Source: a virus
Taxonomy: Duplodnaviria > Caudoviricetes
IMG/VR virus record: IMGVR_UViG_2974692648_000001
Coordinates: 1 to 64,000 of that record
DNA: 64,000 nucleotides
Direction: 5' to 3' (one strand)
Shown here: piece after piece, positions 9,597-19,142 of the stretch
Layout of the letters: each line of letters opens with the position of its first letter
How positions within the stretch are numbered: position 1 is the first letter of the stretch
Position numbers and translations under genes: made by a program
The notes under the pieces: model-generated
Database searches by the model: none
The model's input: only the letters and a program-made list of their open reading frames with translations
Told to the model about the DNA's origin: nothing

Positions 9597-10019
9597 ATGG
9601 CTAAAGACTATATCGTAGGAACGATGTCCACACTAGGACATATTACAGAAGCTCCAGAGATTGCTATGGATCGTCATATCACCTATTGGTTTGCAGCACG
9701 CCGCAGTCAAGGGATGACGATTCTCCACACTAATTCTTTCGAATGGATTCTTAAAGAAGCACAAGGTAACCAACAACGAGTTGCGGATGATGTCCAAGCG
9801 GCATTAAAGAACCATTTTGAAGAACTCTTTCAGCGTGTTGAAGTCCAAACTTCCACCAAAGGGTTTACAAACGATCGTGACGGTCGTTTCCATCTTTATG
9901 TGCAAGTTTCTGTTCACCATGAAGGACAGTGGTACGATCTAGGTACTTCCGTCCAAGTATCAGGTGAAACCTTTAAACTTATTAATGAAGGACGCTTAAA
10001 TGCAAGAGCAAGAAATTAA
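9597..10019 (+). CDS. Hypothetical protein, possibly T4 gp25-like baseplate/sheath initiator
   Basis: Start moved to ATG 9597 (MAKDY) because the track start lies upstream of the terminator. Size and helix-then-beta pattern recall gp25-like proteins (inference). Confidence 0.45.
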   Translation: MAKDYIVGTMSTLGHITEAPEIAMDRHITYWFAARRSQGMTILHTNSFEWILKEAQGNQQRVADDVQAALKNHFEELFQRVEVQTSTKGFTNDRDGRFHLYVQVSVHHEGQWYDLGTSVQVSGETFKLINEGRLNARARN

Positions 10020-10950
10020 AAAAGAAAATGAACCTGTTGCTGAAAACGTGGAACAGGTTGAAAGTACCGTAGTGGAAACGGATCAAACTTCTAGTGAAGT
10101 TGAAGAACTGGAAGACGACATCGTAGAGATCGCTGAGAATGACGAGTATCGTTATATTGAGCGTGTCGAAGTCAGCAACGATAAGCACAAAGCTCGTCTA
10201 AAAGAAGACTTCGGTTGGATCGGTGAACTTAAACTCATTAACATCGATGGTCAGATGACTCTCCAAGATCCTAACGGAAGTTACATTATCTCGGATACTC
10301 GTATCAAAGAGAGTGCTTTTGTACACCGTTGGTTGGATCAGTTTGCCTTAGGTTATGTGGGTAAAACTAACTATTTCGATGCCAGCGCTTGGGGTAAGAT
10401 CACACACGGACATCAACGTGGTGTAGTGGTCACTGACGACGAAGGCGAACCTATCTTCGTCATCCCACCTCTGTCACGCGCCCAATTCACCGCAGAAGAA
10501 CAGTACGTGTTAGACTTGGCACATAAGTCTTACACAAACGCGTCTTCGGCAGAGGAAACTGGTGATTCACACCGTGCGCAAGAAATCATCACTAATACGT
10601 CTAAGTTGATTAAAGACTACGTATCGGAAGATTCGATTACTCTGACAGATCTAATCCCTGAATGGTTCTACGCTAAGTACGGAGTTATCCCTTACGTAAA
10701 ACGTTCTATGGTTTATTGTCGTGACGTTTACGGACTCAACCCAGCCATTAAACTTGACTGGGAGATGGCCGAAAGCATCTTCACTGCTATCCATAACAAG
10801 CACAAGTTGACCGACCATCAGTTGACATTCATGGAAATTCTTACCGATGGTGAGTTCACCCCACCAGAGTACGAGCCGGTTGAAGACACAGGTAAACCGT
10901 CACTAGAGGGACCATCTAACAGCGAGGACTTTGATCCGTTTGAAAACTAA
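10000..10950 (+). CDS. Hypothetical protein with acidic N-terminus
   Basis: 316-aa ORF, AAGGA RBS, overlaps the upstream stop. Confidence 0.7.
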   Translation: MQEQEIKKENEPVAENVEQVESTVVETDQTSSEVEELEDDIVEIAENDEYRYIERVEVSNDKHKARLKEDFGWIGELKLINIDGQMTLQDPNGSYIISDTRIKESAFVHRWLDQFALGYVGKTNYFDASAWGKITHGHQRGVVVTDDEGEPIFVIPPLSRAQFTAEEQYVLDLAHKSYTNASSAEETGDSHRAQEIITNTSKLIKDYVSEDSITLTDLIPEWFYAKYGVIPYVKRSMVYCRDVYGLNPAIKLDWEMAESIFTAIHNKHKLTDHQLTFMEILTDGEFTPPEYEPVEDTGKPSLEGPSNSEDFDPFEN

Positions 10951-10970
10951 TTACCTGGACTATTAATATC

Positions 10971-12095
10971 ATGCAAAATAACCACTTATTCGGGTTATGG
11001 TTTAGTGATCAACACACTTTACATAGTAAAACCCCGACCAACCATATACTGTACAACGCCTCTCAATTTTTGACGCGGAGTCATAATTTAGAAGAAGTGG
11101 ATATCGTTGTATTCGGTGGAGACTTTTATGAGCGTTTGGTCGACGCTTCTCACCCAGACATGCGCTTAACCCAACATTGGATACGGAACTTCTTATTGGA
11201 CTGTTTGAAGCACAACGTGATTGTGAGGGTGCTTGAAGGTACATCTTCCCATGACCGTGAACAGCCTGAGAACTTCGTTGTACAATGCCCTGATGGTTTG
11301 GACTTGAAATGGGTGAAAGAACTCTCTTACGAATACATCGAAGCATTAGGTATTGACGTCTTTTATGTTCCAGACAATATGGGTAGTTTATCCCCTGATG
11401 TTATCTGGGATAAGACCTTGGAGATTCTGAGTGCCAATGGAAAGAAAGAAGTGGATTACGTCTTCTTCCACGGTGCTTTTGAATACCAAATTCCCCTTAA
11501 GTTTAGTAAACACTCACATTCCGAAACCCGGTGGCAGTCTATCGTGAGGCGTCATTTGTTTGCGGGGCACGTTCATAAACCTTCCGAATACGGAAAGATT
11601 CGAGTCAGTGGTTCTTTTGACCGACTCAATCATGGTGAGGAGCATGCCAAAGGCGGTTACGAATTCTGGTGGGATCCGGAAAGTGATTGGTGTGAAACTA
11701 AGTTTTGGGAGAATAAAAACGCCCTACCTTACTATCGTGTGTTACAGCATCCGGATGACACTAACGAAGATTTGTTGGATAAAGTCAATCGCTTGATAAA
11801 GTTGAAGAATCCCATCCCTAAAAGTAGGATTCAAATACGTGGTAAGAATGGGGCGTTAATCAAAGGTGTGGCAGAGTACCTCAAAGGCACCTATGCAGAT
11901 TACTTCTTTGACGTTGATACGTCATCACAAATGGAGAAAATGATTTCTCCTGATACTGTGAACGATTTAACCTACGAAGGGGTATCCTTAACTAAAGATA
12001 ACTTCTCCGAACACCTCCGTCAGTACATGATCGAAGAAATGACCGATCAAAACCTAATAGAGGGTTCGTTGGAATTATTGGAGGAATTCTTATGA
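10971..12095 (+). CDS. sbcD: SbcD/Mre11-like metallophosphoesterase nuclease
   Basis: Motifs SDQH, GGDFYE, EGTSSHD, FHG, AGHVH, SGSF. Confidence 0.88.
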   Translation: MQNNHLFGLWFSDQHTLHSKTPTNHILYNASQFLTRSHNLEEVDIVVFGGDFYERLVDASHPDMRLTQHWIRNFLLDCLKHNVIVRVLEGTSSHDREQPENFVVQCPDGLDLKWVKELSYEYIEALGIDVFYVPDNMGSLSPDVIWDKTLEILSANGKKEVDYVFFHGAFEYQIPLKFSKHSHSETRWQSIVRRHLFAGHVHKPSEYGKIRVSGSFDRLNHGEEHAKGGYEFWWDPESDWCETKFWENKNALPYYRVLQHPDDTNEDLLDKVNRLIKLKNPIPKSRIQIRGKNGALIKGVAEYLKGTYADYFFDVDTSSQMEKMISPDTVNDLTYEGVSLTKDNFSEHLRQYMIEEMTDQNLIEGSLELLEEFL

Positions 12096-12889
12096 GAGAT
12101 TTAGGTGAAGTGTATGCGATGTCGATAGGCACCGCACAAGCCTTTGAGGGTGAGGAGGGTAAACACGCCATTCCCAACGCTGACTCATTTTTGATTAACT
12201 TACGTACCTTAGTTCGGAATGCTCATGGTGCGTATAGTAAAGACGACCCACAAATCAATGATGTGGATGCATTAAAGAAAGCGGTACTGGAGGACATCAA
12301 AGAGATCGCGAGAGCGCTTACGGTGATCTCCCCGCGTTCTACAATGAACATAGAAATTTATTACCCGACGTATAAGTCATTGGGACAAAAGTTTCCTAAA
12401 GCGTCCATTTGGGAACCTAAGACTGAGAAACAAAAAGCTCTACATGGTCTGCATGAAAAAGTGGCAAAAGCTTTTATTAAAGACCATAAAGAGTTGGTTA
12501 CCAACACCGACTGTGGGATGCCTGCCTTTAAAGGTAAGGGTTTGGTTATCACACACCACCCGGTGGATTTGACTTTAACGGATGGTTGGGGGCGTTTATC
12601 TTTATTGGAGACCCACTCAGGGGTAGTGAAACCATATCTGTTATGGAACACAAAACTCACTGGTGGTGAAACCGCTAATTACAACATCCCCCTTAACCGA
12701 ATGACTATACAAGTCTTCGGAGATAAATCAGTCAACTTCCTAGGACAAAACCAAGCGATTAAGAAGTTGGTTCGTGATCTTGCTGTCAAAGCAGGATGGA
12801 CATCAGCGACCACCCCTCAACGATGTCGTAGTTCTATCAATACTTATTTAACGGGTGTTGATAAAGACGGACTGTTACTTTTCTGGTAA
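12092..12889 (+). CDS. Conserved hypothetical jumbo-phage protein
   Basis: 265-aa ORF overlapping the sbcD stop, GGAGG RBS. Confidence 0.65.
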   Translation: MRDLGEVYAMSIGTAQAFEGEEGKHAIPNADSFLINLRTLVRNAHGAYSKDDPQINDVDALKKAVLEDIKEIARALTVISPRSTMNIEIYYPTYKSLGQKFPKASIWEPKTEKQKALHGLHEKVAKAFIKDHKELVTNTDCGMPAFKGKGLVITHHPVDLTLTDGWGRLSLLETHSGVVKPYLLWNTKLTGGETANYNIPLNRMTIQVFGDKSVNFLGQNQAIKKLVRDLAVKAGWTSATTPQRCRSSINTYLTGVDKDGLLLFW

Positions 12890-12965
12890 GTCCTAACCTT
12901 GGTGTACTATTATTAGTACAAAAGACACTTTTTAACTAATTCAAATTTTTAAGGCAGGAACCTTT

Positions 12966-13688
12966 ATGTCTCAATCAAACGGCAACGCACGTGTAAAAAC
13001 TCCACTGAACGATTTCTACGCAGTACATCCAACAACAGCACAACCAGTGGAAGGTGCGAAGTTCCCAGGTCAAATGCTTTGGGAAATTGCTAACAACGGC
13101 AAGATTCTTTTTAAAGCGGATGATAAACGTTACAACCCTAACGATCAGCAAGCGTACAAAAAGAAAGAATGTGAAATGGATCCTTCTGACCGTAACATGA
13201 TCTTCGAATTGCTACTAGAAGCAGCTAACGACGAGAACTTCACTAAAGGTCAGTACGCGGTTAAGAAGTACGCCTTCGTTCGTCAAAACGGTCAGTCTAA
13301 GCTTTCAGACCAACCTATCACTCAAGGTCAGTTCACAGTTATTCGTGATCAGAACGGTGTTATCTCGATGGGTTACACTCGTGGCGACTACAAAGTTCTA
13401 TTTACGTTTACTGCTCCGGGTCACTCTGAACTACGTTTCTTTGAAAACGGTGAGTGGGTAACTCGTGAAGGCAAGATGTCTCAAATGTGGGTTCGTTCTT
13501 ACGTGAAGCGTATGGGTGGTATTCTTAACACCAAAGATATGGAAGTATATCAGCCACCTAAACCTAAGAACGGCGGTAGCTGGAACAACAACGGCGGTGG
13601 TAACAAAGGCGGTAACGGCGGCGGTAACGGCGGTTGGGGTGACAACAACTCTGGCGGCGGCGATAACTTTGACGACATCGAATTCTAA
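12966..13688 (+). CDS. chmC: ChmC-like nucleus-associated RNA/ssDNA-binding protein (phiKZ gp67-like)
   Basis: 240 aa, directly upstream of the sigma-like gene. G/N-rich low-complexity tail ending DNFDDIEF, strong codon bias. Inferred from synteny and tail composition. Confidence 0.62.
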   Translation: MSQSNGNARVKTPLNDFYAVHPTTAQPVEGAKFPGQMLWEIANNGKILFKADDKRYNPNDQQAYKKKECEMDPSDRNMIFELLLEAANDENFTKGQYAVKKYAFVRQNGQSKLSDQPITQGQFTVIRDQNGVISMGYTRGDYKVLFTFTAPGHSELRFFENGEWVTREGKMSQMWVRSYVKRMGGILNTKDMEVYQPPKPKNGGSWNNNGGGNKGGNGGGNGGWGDNNSGGGDNFDDIEF

Positions 13689-13699
13689 TAAGTAATTCC

Positions 13700-13730
13700 G
13701 AAGAGGGGCTTCGGCTCCTCTTCCTCTTAT
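13700..13730 (+). terminator. Terminator-like hairpin
   Basis: gaagaggggc-TTCG-gctcctcttc. Confidence 0.7.
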
Positions 13731-13744
13731 GCTGCCGTTAAATT

Positions 13745-13770
13745 ATTTCAAACCTACATTATCTTAGGGT
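13745..13770 (+). promoter_or_regulatory. Putative early promoter
   Basis: ATTTCAAACCTACATTATCTTAGGGT, a variant of the 26-bp motif. Confidence 0.6.
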
Positions 13771-13789
13771 AATCCATAGGAGATAAATC

Positions 13790-15364
13790 ATGGAATTCCA
13801 CATTACCAATAAGACCCGTTCCCAGTTTAAAGGGATTGCGGTAATCCATAAAGGGGAGACGATTAATTTCGCAGCCCACAGTAAGATCCATTGCGGTGAT
13901 TCTGAAGGTGACCTCTTTATTCATGTGAATGAATATTTCCAGTCGGTACCTGAATCACGTCTGGATAAGATATTTGATGTATTCAAGCGTGCCAAAGCAA
14001 TATTGGAACCAGATTACGGAGAAACTCTAGGAAAAGATGATGAACTGTTACGTAACCATCGAGACTATCGTTACATAGTAGATCGTTTGATTCCTTTGGT
14101 GCGTGAATTATACAAACATGTCGACTTGCGTAACTACACTTACTACTTGAAGCAGTCTGGTGTTTGCGCTCCACCTCCAGGTTTACGAGAAACCGTAGCT
14201 CGTGGTGAGTATCACGCTGAGCAAACCATTAACCCTACCGAGTATGAACAAGTCGCCGAGCTCGCTTTATTAATGCGTCCTAGTTTTCCGATCATTTCGG
14301 GCATGATGCAAAAAGCCAAAGAGATCACAGGTGATGAGTACAAAGAAGTAGTGACTTCTGGTTTGTTTAAGGACTTCGACGTGTTCACCAACCATCACGG
14401 TTGGATTAAGATTCGTAATTACATGAATTACTTCTATTCAACAAATGGTGTGAACTCGCTCCAGTTGTCGTTGATCTCAGAAGACTCATATGTGAACCAC
14501 GCGTTTTATTCAGCACTGTTCAGTCGCTTGGGGTCTACCCACATCCCTTCACTGGACAATAGTAAGAACATCGCCAAATCGCTGTATTCGGTGGCTAAGC
14601 AGTTCTCCGCACCTTCGTCTCGTATTCGTGAGAAGAAACTCACTACAAAAGACGAGATGAATGAAAAGCGCAGTCTTTACGAAATCTACTTCCTAAAAGA
14701 AGAAGTCAGTTCTGCGGATGAAGAAGCGCACGCTGAATTTTTCTCAATGGGATTATTTGATTGCCAAGATAACCCTAAAACTAAAGATCGTTTTGACTGT
14801 CCTTGTTTAGGTCTTCGTATCCAACGTCCTGATTTAGTAGAATGGGTGTATGACCAAATTCCAAGTAACTGGGAGTTTGAGTTACAACCACACATCTATA
14901 CACTACTTCAGCTTACGTTCCAAGAAGATATTTCTTACAACATCTATTTGTCACTGGACCACTATCAATTGATGGCGGCAATGTCACTAGCCACAGTAAA
15001 ACTCCACGAGATGGGGTATTCTAAGTTAGCAACTTTGGTTTGTACAGTTTACGACGAGTCACAACCTCGTAGTTTAACTGATGAGATCTTCTCATTAGAC
15101 ACCAGTGAAAAAGAAATGTTGGAATCGATTTGTGCAGTCTACCGTGGTCAGTCAGGTCTAAGCACTGATAACGAAGCGGTAATCGCTGCTAACGACTTCT
15201 TACGTGGGCTCGGTAATGGGCAATGGTCTTCTATCATTGAACCGGGTATGTTGGGGGATCCAGAAATCATGCGTAACGCTGACCAAGGTGACCTATTTGA
15301 AGTCGAATTGGATCGCAGTCTCAAGACTGAGTTCCTCAACCTAGTTAAAGAAGTGAGTTCTTAA
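13790..15364 (+). CDS. nvRNAP sigma-like promoter-specificity subunit (phiKZ gp68-like)
   Basis: 524 aa, AGGAG RBS, positioned between chmC-like and picA-like genes upstream of the beta/beta-prime genes. Synteny-based. Confidence 0.65.
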   Translation: MEFHITNKTRSQFKGIAVIHKGETINFAAHSKIHCGDSEGDLFIHVNEYFQSVPESRLDKIFDVFKRAKAILEPDYGETLGKDDELLRNHRDYRYIVDRLIPLVRELYKHVDLRNYTYYLKQSGVCAPPPGLRETVARGEYHAEQTINPTEYEQVAELALLMRPSFPIISGMMQKAKEITGDEYKEVVTSGLFKDFDVFTNHHGWIKIRNYMNYFYSTNGVNSLQLSLISEDSYVNHAFYSALFSRLGSTHIPSLDNSKNIAKSLYSVAKQFSAPSSRIREKKLTTKDEMNEKRSLYEIYFLKEEVSSADEEAHAEFFSMGLFDCQDNPKTKDRFDCPCLGLRIQRPDLVEWVYDQIPSNWEFELQPHIYTLLQLTFQEDISYNIYLSLDHYQLMAAMSLATVKLHEMGYSKLATLVCTVYDESQPRSLTDEIFSLDTSEKEMLESICAVYRGQSGLSTDNEAVIAANDFLRGLGNGQWSSIIEPGMLGDPEIMRNADQGDLFEVELDRSLKTEFLNLVKEVSS

Positions 15365-15420
15365 TCACTTCACCTTTTTTATTATCATTAAACGTTTAAA
15401 CGAATTAAGGAAACCCATCC

Positions 15421-16902
15421 ATGGCTACACTAACTCTTACTCAAGCAACTATCGGTCTTTCCAGCATGTACCAAGACCACTACTTGCGTGCTCACTCTTT
15501 GAACCTATCGGCTGGTGATGCAAACCAATTACTTGCTGGTCGTCTAGGTAACACTAACCGTGTTGCACCAACTGATTTGCATGACATTGCGTCTCGCTCT
15601 GGCGGCGTTGCAACCCAAGCCGGAGGTGTGGCTAACGTTGAAGATGGTTGGGCTACAGCACGTGGACTAGCGAGCCTAGAGTTTGCTATTGAAGGAGCTT
15701 CACCAATCATGCAACAAAGCCTCACCGTCTACGGTTACATGTACGGTGGCTCACCTGCGCACACTGGCGGAGCTTTACCAGAAGACGCGATGTTTGTCCC
15801 TGTTCGCATGTGGATGGTAGAAACAAGCATCGCAACAGATCACACCGGCTTCCCAATGGAGACTCGTCAAATGAGTCAATCCGGCACTTACTTGATGAAC
15901 GATCCTAACTCTGTCGGTGGTGTTGACGGACTACACACCATTCGACCAATGGACGTAATCAACTCGGCGTCAGCTCTAGCTGCGTTTGACGAAGATGATC
16001 AACCTGCGGGTATGCTTGATGGTTTCGGTGGTTCTTCTGGTGGCATGCTAGCAACAGCGGGCATGAACATCTCTAAAGCGAATAACTCCTCTACTGTGGA
16101 TTACGCGGCTAAGATTCTGGGTGCAGCTACCATGGCTTCATTTGAGAATGAAATGCGTGGTGACCGATTTGAAGCTATCTCATCTGCCACCGGCATGAGT
16201 ACTATCAAAGAAGTATCTCTAGAAGACAACCCATTCATCCGTGTAATGCGTCGTCAACTAGGTCACGTAAACATGTGTAACTTCCGTGGCTTCACTATGA
16301 CTGAAATCGCGACAGTGTTTGAAAACTTCGGGCAAGTAACAAACGTTACTTTGACAGACCAAAGTGCGTTCAACGTAGTTGACCACCGTTATGACAAAGA
16401 CACGATGGGTGGTGCTAACTTCCAAACACTTATCGCGTCTGAACTAAACAACATCGGTAACGCGGTGATGGATGCTCATCGTCTTTCTTACATCCACATT
16501 CGTGCAACCAATGACGTTCAACAAAACGGCGGTCAAGTGTTAGTTAATGACTTACCGGTTATGTACCAATTAGGTCAGTCAGCACCATTGGTTAACAAAG
16601 ACCCAGATTGGCAGTACAATGCTACCGCAGCAGTAGAGAACCTTATTTACCAATTCTACTCTAAGTACAACGCACCAGTTATCCATGACCGCATGATTGT
16701 GGATATTGAACTACAACTGTCACTGTTTGGTGAATCACATGTCACAGTAACCATCAATGGTGAACGTGATAAACCACACTCAGAAGTGTTCGGTACTATG
16801 GCGGGTAACCGCTTTGACCCTACGCTAGTAAGCAACCAAGGACTGAATCAATCCGTTACCGGTTTCTACAGCAACTTGAAAGAATACATGAACTTCCAAT
16901 AA
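15421..16902 (+). CDS. picA: PicA/Imp1-like nuclear import protein (phiKZ gp69-like)
   Basis: 493 aa, follows the sigma-like gene as in phiKZ/PhiPA3, AAGGA RBS. Synteny-based. Confidence 0.6.
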   Translation: MATLTLTQATIGLSSMYQDHYLRAHSLNLSAGDANQLLAGRLGNTNRVAPTDLHDIASRSGGVATQAGGVANVEDGWATARGLASLEFAIEGASPIMQQSLTVYGYMYGGSPAHTGGALPEDAMFVPVRMWMVETSIATDHTGFPMETRQMSQSGTYLMNDPNSVGGVDGLHTIRPMDVINSASALAAFDEDDQPAGMLDGFGGSSGGMLATAGMNISKANNSSTVDYAAKILGAATMASFENEMRGDRFEAISSATGMSTIKEVSLEDNPFIRVMRRQLGHVNMCNFRGFTMTEIATVFENFGQVTNVTLTDQSAFNVVDHRYDKDTMGGANFQTLIASELNNIGNAVMDAHRLSYIHIRATNDVQQNGGQVLVNDLPVMYQLGQSAPLVNKDPDWQYNATAAVENLIYQFYSKYNAPVIHDRMIVDIELQLSLFGESHVTVTINGERDKPHSEVFGTMAGNRFDPTLVSNQGLNQSVTGFYSNLKEYMNFQ

Positions 16903-16987
16903 ACTCCGTACCGTGGGGGAGAAGTGCACGTCAAACCCACGGTTAAACTCACTATCAATATTGATCAATATTAAAGGAAATTTCCTG

Positions 16988-18403
16988 ATGAATGAATTAA
17001 ATAAATTGTACGTAGCTATCACTCGTACTTGGAATGCAAACCATGATGACATGGGTAAGTTGCAACTGGAACTTGACGGTAACTCGTACCCTATCACTTT
17101 GGACGGAATGGATGTTTACCTGCCATTCAACGAAGCACTAGAAGGCGATACTTCCGATAAAGTGTTCTTCCACCCTGGTTGTGAATCAATCATTTCTAAA
17201 GAAACGGAAATCTTCCGTATCATTCGTAAACTTGCAGGTCTCCAACTGCTGACTCACTTTAAGAAGTTTGCACCAGTGTTGTTCGACATTGCAAACAAGA
17301 AAGCTAAACGCGGTCTACGTAATGATTTGTTAGAACGCATTGAAGTGATTAAAGCAGCTAAAGCAGCCCACCGCAAAGAAGTAGCGGTACTGTTTGATCA
17401 CATGGCTGTGGAGATGGAAGACGATAACTTAGATCGTCGCTTTGTACACTTCGACATCAAACGCGGTGGTCGTAGTAAGTTGACAGGTGACAAGATCTAT
17501 TACAGCTGTAAACCTATCTTCCCGTTCTACAATGAGTTGGTGCGTCGTCTAACTCGTACTGAAGGTGAAGCGGCTAATAAACCAGTTAAGATTCTTGGTA
17601 AAGAGTTTTCTCGTGGTGCGTTAGTAGTGGCTGAAGAAATCTTCCGCTTCGTGCTTCCTGGTGTAGAAGACCCGTTGGCGTATGAGCAAGAGCAAACATC
17701 AGCAGAAGCTGCTCGTTTCTCTGTATTGGTGAATACTTACGTGTCAATGATCAGTGACATGAACAACCTACAAAACACGTTCCGTGCGGAGTTTGATAAA
17801 GTAGGGGTTTATGAGATCGATACATCATTCACTACTATGTTGGAAGACATTGATGTTATCTATAAGCAAGTTCCTCCAATGCCATACAACTCTCAATCTA
17901 GTGGTTCAGAAACAGTTAAAGCAGAGATTCAAAATCAACAGATGGTTAGCGGCCTAATGAACCAAACGTCAACCACAACCGGAACTACTGCAAACGTTAA
18001 CCCTACTAACCACGTAGGTGCGACCACAACCGAGCAAACCATGGGTGATGTAAGCAACGGTTACGCGGCGTTGGTGCAAGCTTCCCTATTACCGGGTGAA
18101 ACTTGGGTAGGTGTAACACAGGACCCAGCTACTGGTCATTATGTTCACACCATTCAATCCCCTAATGGACCAGCTCAAATCCGTTACACGCGCCAAGGTA
18201 ACTTCTTGAGCCGAGAGTCAAGCATGGCACCTAACATGGGTATGATGAACGGCATGATGAACTACGGCTACGGCATGAACCAAGCACAATACGCAGCGAT
18301 GCTAAGTGGTCATATGAACCCTGCTATTCAACAACAACCTACTAGCTACGACACAGTTACTCCTAGCTACCACCCAGTAACTGAATCAGCAACAACTTGG
18401 TAA
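16988..18403 (+). CDS. Conserved nucleus-locus protein (phiKZ gp70-like) with T/Q/M/N-rich C-terminal region
   Basis: Start moved to ATG 16988 (AAGGA RBS). Position between picA-like and nvRNAP beta genes. Confidence 0.6.
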   Translation: MNELNKLYVAITRTWNANHDDMGKLQLELDGNSYPITLDGMDVYLPFNEALEGDTSDKVFFHPGCESIISKETEIFRIIRKLAGLQLLTHFKKFAPVLFDIANKKAKRGLRNDLLERIEVIKAAKAAHRKEVAVLFDHMAVEMEDDNLDRRFVHFDIKRGGRSKLTGDKIYYSCKPIFPFYNELVRRLTRTEGEAANKPVKILGKEFSRGALVVAEEIFRFVLPGVEDPLAYEQEQTSAEAARFSVLVNTYVSMISDMNNLQNTFRAEFDKVGVYEIDTSFTTMLEDIDVIYKQVPPMPYNSQSSGSETVKAEIQNQQMVSGLMNQTSTTTGTTANVNPTNHVGATTTEQTMGDVSNGYAALVQASLLPGETWVGVTQDPATGHYVHTIQSPNGPAQIRYTRQGNFLSRESSMAPNMGMMNGMMNYGYGMNQAQYAAMLSGHMNPAIQQQPTSYDTVTPSYHPVTESATTW

Positions 18404-18409
18404 ACATTA

Positions 18410-18442
18410 TCCGGGGGTCTTAGGGCTCCCGGACTTTTATTT
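18410..18442 (+). terminator. Rho-independent terminator
   Basis: tccgggggtc-TTAG-ggctcccgga then cttttattt. Confidence 0.75.
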
Positions 18443-18466
18443 AATTAACTTTTCGGAGATCAAAAC

Positions 18467-19090
18467 ATGTTTAGAAAGCTGAGTTCAGAAGAACTGCAAC
18501 ATATGAGTCCCAAGGACTTAGAGCGATACCAACTGGAATTAATGAAACACGAGAAATTCGATGTTGGTGAATATTTGGAACGCAACAAAGCTACCGACCG
18601 CACTCCTACCAAACCTCTTTATAGACCGTCTTTAGTCGATGAAGAAGTCCCAGAAAAAGGTTGGACAACATATGGCGTCGTGGCGTCTGAATTTACCAGC
18701 TTCAAAGATGTGACCATCGACGAAATAGTTAGTAAGGTAAAGGAGGAGTTAGCTCAAGGCGAGGTCTTAGGTGAAGTGGGTGCGAGACCTCCTTTAGAGT
18801 TCCACATGTATAAAGCGACACTCGAAGGTGTAAAGGGATACAAACAACTTATCCGTGGTCACTTCTCTTTAAAAGAGTCTCGTATCGGTTTCCGCATCAC
18901 TAATGTTAGACTAGGCCGCTCTGGAATTCACGTTGACTTTGTACCTCATGGACCACAAGCCGAACTCGTCCAACGTTGGATTGACGACCCTAAGGTTTCT
19001 TTCCGCTTTTATCCACGCCTGGGTTACAACACAGAACTTAAAGAAACGTTCATCTGTTTCGATTTGGATAAAGAAAACCTGATGCCTTAA
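18467..19090 (+). CDS. Prohead-protease-like protein, predicted catalytically inactive
   Basis: LGEVGARPP, ESRIGFRITNV, VPHGPQAELV..WIDDP, FYPR and ICFD follow the motif order of T4 gp21/phiKZ gp175-type proteases, but His and Ser are missing. Recognised by eye. Confidence 0.5.
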   Translation: MFRKLSSEELQHMSPKDLERYQLELMKHEKFDVGEYLERNKATDRTPTKPLYRPSLVDEEVPEKGWTTYGVVASEFTSFKDVTIDEIVSKVKEELAQGEVLGEVGARPPLEFHMYKATLEGVKGYKQLIRGHFSLKESRIGFRITNVRLGRSGIHVDFVPHGPQAELVQRWIDDPKVSFRFYPRLGYNTELKETFICFDLDKENLMP

Positions 19091-19097
19091 TAAACGC

Positions 19098-19140
19098 ACC
19101 CACTCCCAATTAAGGGAGTGGGTACGAATTACTTTTTAAT
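19098..19140. terminator. Terminator between convergent genes
   Basis: acccactccc-aattaa-gggagtgggt followed by T-rich sequence. Confidence 0.75.
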
Positions 19141-19142
19141 TT

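Noticed and set aside
12966-13688. Canonical bacterial-type SSB
   Set aside because: The acidic DDIEF tail fits, but I see no typical SSB OB-fold N-terminal motifs, and gene position favours ChmC
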